Source: Cycas panzhihuaensis
Lineage: Eukaryota; Plantae; Cycadophyta
DNA: 64,000 bases
Direction of reading: 5' to 3'
Assembly (NCBI GenBank): GCA_023213395.1
Contig: CM041465.1
Span: forward strand, 220,479,741 to 220,543,740
Position numbers and translations under genes: made by a program. Shown here piece after piece: positions 1-9,452 of this stretch (position 1 is its first letter; every line of letters starts with the position of its first letter). The notes beneath the pieces were generated by a model, which had not been told where the DNA came from, searched no databases, and saw only the letters and a program-made list of their open reading frames with translations.

Positions 1-46
1 GACATGAGGGCCAAAAGAGCCCCAAATCTCAGGCGGAGAGAGATTT

Positions 47-67
47 GAGAGAGAGAGAGAGAGAGAG
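47..67 (+). repeat. (GA)n microsatellite upstream of the antisense PMD ORF
   Basis: Direct reading, about 10 GA units. Confidence 0.9.
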
Positions 68-116
68 GTAATAATAGCTGACATGAGACTGACTTGAAGT
101 GTTTTGGTGAATAGTC

Positions 117-2026
117 GCCCTCGCGGTAGATAACCGCGAGAACGTTGGTATGGCTATGCTGAGTTACATGGAGATGATGACTCAGGAGGATAGGGACATG
201 CTAGAGAGGTGTGGCCTATACAAGGCCCTCAAGACACCTCAAGACACGCCGGACTGCAGGTCAGGCCGGTGGATATAGTGTCCCATTGGGACCTGAGGAG
301 GCATGTGTTCCACCTACCATGTGTGGGGATGTGATGGTCACGCCGAGGGATATCCCGTGGACATCGGGAGTTCCGAATGGGAGGCCGGTGAGACTCGGGA
401 CGTTACCCAAAGACCGAGGCAAAGACAGGGAGGCATCTCTGTTCTTCACAGGAGCTGGCAGGTGGGATCAGAGGGGAGCACCCCTCCAGACAGTTCTATT
501 ATCTGGGATTACTTGAGTGAGGAAGATGATCATATTGTGCATTCTGTTCCAGATTTACCGGAAGAAGAATTATGGAGAGATTCCAGGAGGATGGATGGAT
601 GCAGTTCGCCACTGCGAAGCCGGCGAGAGGATGGATCGCGTACTCGATAGCGACAAACCTAGTCGCACAGCTGGACACTATCAGGACGTCCGGCAGAGGA
701 GGACTATCACACTGACACCGTTACGGTGTTGGTATTTCGATCACTTGGCGGCGGCACTGGCCGGGACCTCACCCTATCACGCATCGTGCCCGATGGTCCA
801 TGATGGCGACTGATCGAGGGGGACAGAGGACAGAGCCCACGTCAGACGATCGGTGGAGGCCACATCACTAGACCTCCTCACCCTCCCAGACTACATAGCT
901 GAGCCGTACAGGACGGTGAGGTGGGATAGTGACGATGAGGCGGGCGGAGCAGGAGTGCCCGCGGGAGATGACAGCAGTGATGATGGGGATGATGGAGATA
1001 GTGGAGACAGCGGGGCCAGCCCGTCACGACCTGCAGGGGAGGCAGGTCCTTCAGGGACAGCAGGACAGGCAGAGGGTCCATCCGGGGCTGCCGGAGGAGA
1101 GGCAGGCCCATCAGGAGTGCAGGGCGAGGTCAGAGGGCCCGTGACTAGGGCCCGCAGGCTACAGATCGTGATGGGATCCGCAGGGACGAGAGCTGGGGCC
1201 ACCCCCACGAGGAGAGGGACCCAGGCAGAGGAGGTGCCCGAAGACGAGGCACCTGCAGCTGGCGAAGAGCCAGGAGGAGAGGATGCCGCGCGACCGGAGG
1301 ATCAAAGGCCACAAAGCAGTGAGAGCCAACCTTTTCCAAAGTCATTTAGCATCCAGATAGAAGTTTGGTTTGGTTTGATCATGGTATATAGACTGACACA
1401 TGGCGTGTTGCATTGGCAGGTACAGCAGAGATCAGGAGACTGATAGAGGCTGTGGCGAGGGAGATATTCCCTTAGGTGTATGCAGAGGGGCAACCGCCCA
1501 TCCAGGCAGGCGATGAGCCTAGAGCGGCAGGAGCCCACAGAGAGGCGTTCGCCCCGATGGTGAGGGTGAGGGACATATGGGCTGCAGAGTCCCAAGAGCA
1601 TGCCACATCCCAGGGACGACTGCAGCAGGAGAGAGACGACGCGAGGTGCGAGAGGGACGACGCGCGGCGCGAGAGAGACGAGCTGCAAGGACGGGTCCAG
1701 ACTCTAGAGGCTGTGGTGGTGCAAAGTGAGATAGCGAGAGCAGACCCGGATGATAATCGCCACAGGCGTCTCGGGATGACAGAGGAGGTACTCGGGAGAG
1801 CGGATCGTATCCGTGCCGATACGATCAGCTAGTAGCACAGATGGTCTCAAGGTCGAGCCGGAGCAGGACACGGACCCATACGGCAGCGACGACCCCGAGA
1901 CGACCTAGGGATGAGGAGAGCGAGGCAGCCATGAGGCCTGTGAGGAGCCTCGGAGGCATGTGGTCCCCAAGAGAGGGATCACAGAGACCGGGAGATGGCA
2001 CCCCAGGAACGGGGCCACAGCAGTAG
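117..2026 (+). pseudogene. Antisense extra gene of the Tat-like element: Plant Mobile Domain (aminotransferase-like PMD, PF10536-like) + acidic/Gly-rich linker + coiled coil; frameshifted; intron 1319-1419
   Basis: Stitched frames read HWDLRRHVFHLP/CGDVMVTPRDIPWTSGVPNGRPV (cf. PMD W..ETHTFHLPCGE.T.TLEDV...GLP..G.PV), LFQIYRKKNYG, RCWYFDHL, then the acidic ORF 853-1318, coiled coil RLQQERDDARCERDDARRERDELQ, and terminal GGMWSP; homologous blocks at 61035-63030 and 17460-19240. Confidence 0.8.
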
Positions 2027-2589
2027 GACATGTATATGCAGATTTGACAGGGGAAAGCACGGGCCTCCAGGGGGTCATATATAGGGCCATACGATTGTAC
2101 CCCCCTGCAAGGACACCAGCTTCCCAGGATGTATGACGATATGATTTTTGATATGTATATATATATGCATGGGGTGATTGGAACCCCATTTGGATATGAG
2201 ATGTTGTATATGATGTGTCGTATGTGGATGATATGTATATTTATTTTTGTGTATTGTGAATGTTATGTTGTAGATGTTTTATGTTGTGGATATTTTGTTA
2301 TATGATGCACACGTTTCCTCCCATGTACGACCACACGCCTAACAGGGGCACACACACACACCGTGAGCGGGACGACATAGAAGTGTGAGGTTAGGGAGCA
2401 GGACGGAGTACATGTCTACAGGAGAGCATAGCGGGATATGCGAAGGAAACGGCGGGCAGGAAAGGGGAGCAACGATGCCCCCAAGTGTCCTCCTGGTTGG
2501 GGGATGCCCAAGCAAGACGACACAAGGGCTCCCGAGAGAATATGGGAACGCGGGTTCCGCGGAAGGAACCGAAAAGAAGAAGAAGGAGT

Positions 2590-2646
2590 CCATCTTAAAT
2601 TGCCACTCTACCCGTGGTTGGGTAGAATGGGGACAACCTAAGATGG
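2590..2646 (-). other. 57-nt stem-loop in the 3' UTR of pol, following GAAATGAGCCTAAACTA
   Basis: Minus strand: CCAUCUUAG-GUUG-UCC-CCAUUCUACCC-AACCAC-GGGUAGAGUGG-CAAU-UUAAGAUGG; a counterpart lies at 60119-60176. Confidence 0.7.
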
Positions 2647-2691
2647 TAGTTTAGGCTCATTTCGGAGCAAGGCGAAGGGATCGCCAAGGGA

Positions 2692-5600
2692 TCATACGTA
2701 AAACTTCTTAAGGAACATCCCATTAACGGCTTTCTCAAATTCGAGCCCTTCCAGGGTGGCTATCCTATAAGCACCATTATCGAGGGATTCGATAATGACG
2801 AAAGGACCAACCCATCGGGGTTTGAATTTGGTCAAACGGTCATGGAGATATTCGAGCTTGAGGACGTAGTCCCCAGGAAACAAAGGGCGGAAACGAAGGC
2901 GTTTATCGTGAGCCCTTTGTGAGCGGGCTTTGGATGCTAGGTTAGCCTGATAAGCGGCTAAGCGTCTCTCATCCAAAGCTTCGAGGTCGAGCAGGCGGGC
3001 CTGCCGGATCGACTCTTCGTCGATGAAATCTCGAAGGGAGACTCGCAAGGAAGGGATCTCCACCTCCGATGGGAGCACCGCCTCAATACCGTAGACCAGG
3101 GAGAACGGGGTCATTCCCGTGGCGGAACGGATAAAGGTACGATAAGCCCATAAGGCAGAGGGCAACTGAAGGTGCCACTCCCTTTGGGATTGAGCAACGG
3201 TTTTCTTGAGGATGCTGACAAGAGTCTTATTAAAGACTCCACCTGGCCATTTGCCTGAGGGTAATAAGGGGAAGAAGTCTTATGAGAGATTTTGAACTTC
3301 TCACAAAGCTCGTCCACCTCCTTATTACAGAAAGGAGTTCCATTGTCAGTGATTAGGACATCCGGAATTCCGAAACGGCAAATGATGTGCTGGTAAATGA
3401 ACGTGGCAATTGTTTTGCCGGGGGTAGTGATCAAGGGGATGGCCTCCACCCATTTGGTGAAATACTCCATGGCAGTCAAGATGAACTTGTGTTGCGATGA
3501 CGAAGGTGGGGAGATAGCTCCGATGAGGTCTAGTCCCCACTGAGCGAAAGGCCACAGCGAAACAATAGGATGCAAGGCCTCGGAAGGCACATGGGAAATG
3601 TTGGCGTGCTCTTGACATCGCCGACATTTCTGAGCAAAGGCATGGGCATCTTTAAAAAGAGATGGCCAAAAGTAGCCCATGCGAAGGATCCTCTGAGCCA
3701 TAGACTGGCCCCCAAAGTGACCTCCACAAATGCCGTGGTGGCATTCGCGAAGCACCTGGTCGGCTTCGTCAGCGGTGACGCAGCGGAGGAGGATCCCATC
3801 GAAGGACCTCTTATACAATACCTCGTCCACGATGAGGTACTGCCTGGCAAAAATCTGGATACAAGATTTAACTTTGTTACTAGCGTCGGGGCGGTATTGC
3901 TGCTGCGTGAGATACCACACTATGTCACCGTACCACTCATTGTCGATGAGTGGATGGGGAGGAGCTCCCTGAATCGTCAAGATAAACTCATCGGGGAGAG
4001 AGTCGTCAACGGGAGTATCAAAGGAGTTAGGGATAGGGGCGTCCGCAAGTTGCTCGGCCACTATCATGCCCTTCTTTGATTTTCTGTTAATGATAAGGAG
4101 ATCAAATTCTTGGAGTAGGACGGCCCAACGACCGGCCCTACCTGTCAAATCCAAACGAGTTAGTAAGTATCTCAAGGGATCGGATTGAACGATCACCTTG
4201 GTAGTGTTTCCGAGAAAGTAGTGCCTAAACTTCTTGGTGGCATGGACCAAGGAGAGGCATTCCTTCTCGGCAGGGGAATAGTTAAGCTCAGCAGCCACAA
4301 GAGTGCGACTGATGAAATATGAGTCGTCCTCCTGAGCGAGCATAGCGCCCAAGGACTCATCAGTCGCTGAGGTATACAAGATGAAGGGCCTATCGAACCG
4401 GGGAGGCGCCAACGTAGGAGCGGAAGCTAAGGCTTCCTTGAGTCCTTCGAAGGCCTTTTGGGTCTTGTCGGACTGCAAAAGGAGCCCTTCTTCAATAGGT
4501 TTGTGAGGGGTTTAGCGCTCACGCCGGGTTGGCTAAGAAGCGCTGAGGAAACCGAGCACGCCAGAAACGACTTAACTGCCGTTGAGTTCTAGGTGGCGGC
4601 ATGTCGAGGATCGCCTCGACTTTGTCGTGGTCGATCTGAATTCCGCTGATACGAGGAATCCAAGGAGTTTGCCCGAGGTAACGGCAAACACACATTTAAG
4701 CGGATTAAGGCTGACGTGATACTCGCGACATCGTGAGAAGATGGCACGCAAGTCGGAAGGGTGATGGGCTCTCACGTGGGAAAGACCCATCATATCATCC
4801 ATAAAGACCTCCAACGTGTCGTTGATGAGGTCGTGGAAGATGAAATGCATGGCTCTTTGGTAAGTAGCACCTGCATTTCTAAGGCCAAAGGGCATCGCCT
4901 TGTAGGCGAAGGTACCCCAAGGAGTAGTGAAGGCCGTCTTATGGCGGTCTTCGGGAGAAATCTGAATTTGGTTGTAACCGGAGAAGCCGTCCATTAGGGA
5001 CATCACTTCGAATCCGACGGTGCAATCAATGATCTGATCTAAAAAGGGTAACGGGAAATTGTCCTTAGGACAAGCGTTGTTGATGTCGCGAAAGTCGACA
5101 CATATACGAATTGCCTGCTCTTTTAGCAACGGGAACAATGTTGGAGACCCACTTGGGGTAGTCAATAGAAGTAATGAGCCCAGCGTCCAGAAGCTTCTCT
5201 ACCTCCAACTTGACGGCTGCAGAGAGCTTCGGGTGAAGGGGACGCTGCTTCTGGCGCACAGGGCAGGCGCCAGGAAGGGTGGTGAGGTTATGAGTGACAA
5301 TCGAGGGGTCGATTCCCTTCATGTCAGCATAATCCCAAGCGAAAATATCTCGAAACTCCTGGAACAGAAGGGAGTATTCCTTTACCTCATCAGGAGAACA
5401 TTCCAACCCAACCTTAATGACCTTACCTGGGGCCAAGACTACGTCCTGGGTTGCCCCCATGCACATGGCGTTGCCCTCCTCGAAGTGGAGAGGGGCAAGA
5501 TCAACGGGAGGCGGAGGAATAAGAGACGGGATCGGATCAGCAAGCGTGGATCTGATCACGAGGATCTTCCGGTGACCAAGCTGGTGGTGACCAGAAGGCA

Positions 5601-7130
5601 GGTTAGGCGCAAGGCCTGCTAGATACTCGAGCAGGGCTTCATCGTCCTCGAAATAATCCACCCCATGGATGACCTTACTTCGAGTAGGAGAAGCACCAGA
5701 GGGAGTGAGAGCAACGGGACCGTGATGACCATCGGGTTGCTCAGCTTCCTCACGGAGATCTGAAGGAAAAATGGAAAGGTGCCCCTCAGAAGGAGCGCAA
5801 GGCAATTCCTCAAAACCATTACCTACGGGGGGTAATGAAAAAGGAAAACTGTCGACAGGCGGGTCAACACGAGTGATGACATGTGACACGCACGAGGGGC
5901 TAGCCTCACCAACGAGAGAGGTTCTAGATGGGGATCTAGAACAAGACAGGTGCGACCTATTGGCGCGAAGGAAAGAGACGGGGTGGAGACAATCCTCGTC
6001 TTCGTCGAGCGACTCATCATCGCTGAACGAAGCAAGGTACCCGTAACTCCCAACGCCAATAGGGGCGAACCGCGTGAGACTAGGAGGAGAAGACGCGGGG
6101 TCTTCTTCGGATGGGTTAGGTATCCCAATAGAGCAAGCCAAGGCATGAGTGGATGAACCTTGGTTTGCTGAACTGGTAGAGCGAGTTTGTTTAGTAAAAG
6201 GGTGTTCGCGGGGGATCACTCTCATTCGTCCATCATGGACGAATTTAAGTTGTCCCCAAAGGGTCGAGCACACGGCTCCCATTTGATCGAGCCAAGGATG
6301 ACCTAGAAGGAGGTTGTAATCCACATCAACGTCAAGGACCACAACGTCGGCAAGAACGGTCTTACCCTCAAGGGTAAGCGGAATCGCGACAGATCCCAAA
6401 GGGGTCTTCTCGCTACCGTCATACCCTTGGCATCGCCAGGGAATGGGTTCCAAGGCGGAAATACCAAGCTCTTGCATTACACACAAGGGCATGGCATTGA
6501 CGGAAGAACCGTTATCGACAACAGTTCTTCGAAGAGTACAATCAGGCATGTCGATGGTGATGGTGAATGGGAACTTCCACTGACGTTCCCTTTCACCGGC
6601 AGGGGGAAGATCCTTAGGATCAAAGGAAATAGCGGGTCCACAACCTTGGGCGACACCCAAAGCGTGGACAGGTACATCACTCGATCCTAAAGCTTCCAGG
6701 AGGAGGGCCCGCTGCTTGGGACAACTCCTCAGAACGTCCATCAAGGACATTCCTGCGGCGACCGTATGGAGCTCGTCCACGACGGAGAAAGGCTTACCCT
6801 TCCCAATAGGTTGGGTAAGTGCCCTTCGGAAATCGTAACGACCCGGGCATACAGGAATAGCCTTGGGAAAGAGAGGGACTTCTGGAGGAAGGGTCTCCGG
6901 AAGAGGGTCGAAAGGAGCGGGAGGACAAAAAGCTCCCGCTGCTTCCTTAGCGGCTTGAGATCGCGTAAGGGCAAAAGTAGGAGTTGCTTCAAGCAACTGG
7001 ATCACCTTCTTCCCCCTGTTCCGGGGTCGTGAAGGCGACGAGGTGCGATGGCTAGGAGAACGAGAAGAGGAAGAAGAATTCCTAGCGCCCTTCCCTTTAT
7101 CGCGGGAAGGACGGGATCGGCGATCCTCCT
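2692..7130 (-). pseudogene. pol: pol of Tat-like copy 1 (protease, RT, RNase H, integrase), broken by several frameshifts
   Basis: PROT VVDNGSSVN...LLLGHPW; RT RICVDFRDIN, DGFSGYNQI, MPFGLRNAGATYQR, FMDD; RH YTSAT..LGAML, KFRHY; INT CHHGICGGHF, CRRC, WGLDLIG, ITDNG, ANGQVE, RWVGPF. Confidence 0.95.
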
Positions 7131-9232
7131 CCATTCTGATTGTTCTTGGTTTGGGTATTGCGATCACGTTCCCCGTGCTTAGGGAACGGATCCTTATGAA
7201 CTGGTTGATCCAAATTAGGCCTTGAGGCCCGTTTGGGGGAAGGATCGCGCCGAGGGGCATCCTTTGGATGCTGGGCCCTACAACGCGAATCGTCATGGAA
7301 GCAATCTCCATGAATGGAGCACCACTTCTTTTCAAGCGGGGGGTCAGACCTCCTCGCTTGAGAGGACTGGGCGTGTCCATTCCTGGGAAGAGGAGCTTGG
7401 GTAGTTTGTTGGACTTGCTTGTTTGATGTAGGAGATGAAGGATCTTGAAGCTTGAGCTCCTTCATCGTACGCTCGAAGGAGCGTATAGCTGATGTGAGAG
7501 GGTCTAAAGTCCTCTCGGTAGGATGAGAGGAAGACCGCGTCGGCTGGGAAGGCTTGGTATCCTTGGTAGGGGGTGGTGCTTCACAGCGTTGTGAGGGCTT
7601 AAGAGGTTTCTTGAGACCCGCTTGGATCTCAATAGCCTCCAACGCCAAGCACTTGGCGATCGCAGAATCACATGTGGTCGCCCCCATCTTGAGGACTTCC
7701 ACGTGGACTTCGAGATGAAGCGCATTGACAAATAGGTCTCGCTTCAGCTCCTCGGGCAATGTTGCCTTAGTGGAGTGGAGCAAGTCGTGGAATCACCGCA
7801 CAAAGTCACGATTCATCTCATCGTGACCTTGTTTGAGCGAAAGAAGAGACTTCATTCCGCTCTCGAATGGACGAGCTACATCAAAATAGTTGATGAACTC
7901 ATCCACCAATTCTTTGGAATGAATGGATTGAATGGGCGGGGAGACTAGAACCATTTGAGGGCGTCACCCTGCAAGGATCTCGGGAATAGTTTCATCAAAA
8001 TATGGTTGTAAGCCCAGTAATCGATGCATGCCATAGAAAAACTATGGACATGCTCATTGGAATCTTGCGACGAAGTTCCATCGAACCTAGGAACTTCAGG
8101 GGGATGAGGCGGCAAGTTGGTTCGCAACGCCTCAACCGAAAGAGGGGTTGACCTAAAGTCCATGAAGGGGCGCACCCTTGCCTGAACCGTAGGATCAACG
8201 AATGTCGAAGTAGGTAACGCACAAGGAGCGGGTGGGGGTGGAACACCCATCCCTCCTTGAGGAAGCGCCCCTTGCTGAAAAGAGGCGTGGGGGTAGGTGC
8301 CTTGGAAGGGAGTCGGGTTCCCTTGCGAAGGCACAACGGATGGGATTGCGTTGGAAGAAGGGCAAGACGGATGTGGGCAGGGTTTTGCCCATATGGGCCA
8401 CCCGTAGGTGGAGCAACCCCATATGGGTGTAGCGGATCCACCCCATAAATGGGAAGACGGCTTCCTTTACCCTGCCCCCAAGGTTGAGAGGTATATCCTG
8501 GGGGAACGTAGAAGGAAGTACCAACGTCTTTGAGGGTGGAGGATGCGTGGGAGCGGATCCCACATGACTAGTGGTTGGAAAGCTAGTAGGGCCAATAGGC
8601 CTACTAGGGATGGTATGCGCCACATTAGGAGATGGCACATTGGTTTGATTAGGAGCGGGTATGCTAACCCTTAATTAAGGGAAAGACACACCGCGAGAAG
8701 ATCCTAAGGCATTAGGACCTTGATGAGGGACGGAAGGTGCCACGCACGCCCCCACTACAGGGAACGAGTGGGACGTACGTGTAGGCACGAAGGGATTTGT
8801 GGTCATAGGAAGGGTGGATGAGGATGAGGCATGAGGTGGGGGGGCGGAAGAGGAAGAAGCCCCTCCACGAAAGACATCCTCAAACCACCTAGGACGCGGT
8901 TGCAAGCGTGCTGCGCGGCAACACTCGTTGAAAGCTTCAACTACGTCAACAGGGGGAGTCCCGACACACTCGTAAGAGGTGATCGGAACCTCAAATAAGG
9001 TAGGATCCTCGGAACGTTCCTCATAAGAATTGCCAACTACGTGGCAACCCTCAAGAGGAACGGGTCCTTCTATGGCGTTGGTAGAAGGATGAGCATCGAA
9101 AGAAAGATGTTGGTCGTTTGGATAATAAAGGGGGTCGTCACCCTCTTGGGTGGACCCGGGAATAACAGGAGGAAAGGCATGGGTTTCCATGGCTGAAGTA
9201 TGGTAGGTCCAATTGGAAGAGTATCCCTCCAT
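7097..9232 (-). pseudogene. gag: gag of Tat-like copy 1 with a long Pro-rich N-terminal extension
   Basis: PRFDG...EHV..F, LMKLFPRSLQGDALKWF (Retrotrans_gag), zinc knuckle WCSIHGDCFHDDSRC (CX2HX4HX4C); split over ORFs 8675-9289, 8195-8638, 7945-8334 and 7097-7783. Confidence 0.88.
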
Positions 9233-9433
9233 AGTCGGATCGGAGGTAGACCGCACAAACGACGAGAGAAACGCCGCATGCAAGGTCAACCGACAATGTT
9301 AGGAAAGGAGAAAAAGCGGTAAAACACATGCGTTGGGGGTCACCCAACGTGGAGATCGAGATAAGTATGAAAAGGATCACACAAGAGTAGCGAAACCAAC
9401 CGAAGAGAGCGAAACTAACTCCCTTACTGGCAG

Positions 9434-9451
9434 TCCCCAGTATGGTCGCCA
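9434..9451 (-). promoter_or_regulatory. Primer-binding site, tRNA-Arg-like (TGGCGACCATACTGGGGA)
   Basis: Starts with TGG one base after the LTR-terminal CA; resembles Ogre/Tat Arg PBS TGGCGACTCC.CTGGGGA; decayed twin at 53142-53159. Confidence 0.8.
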
Positions 9452-9452
9452 G

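Noticed and set aside
1473-1475. Stop codon at the same position in PMD copies 1 (TAG) and 2 (TGA), suggesting programmed readthrough
   Set aside because: Copy 3 appears to have TAT there. All three are one C->T away from sense codons (CAG, CGA, CAT), so independent deamination is simpler; a family consensus would settle it.
7097-7380. Overlap of gag and pol ORFs suggesting a programmed frameshift
   Set aside because: The equivalent region of copy 2 (~55495-55595) reads in one frame, and copy 1 has many other indels.
3346-7404. Numerous alternative-frame and antisense ORFs over pol
   Set aside because: Expected shadows of a GC-rich coding region; no motifs, and no conservation seen in copy 2.
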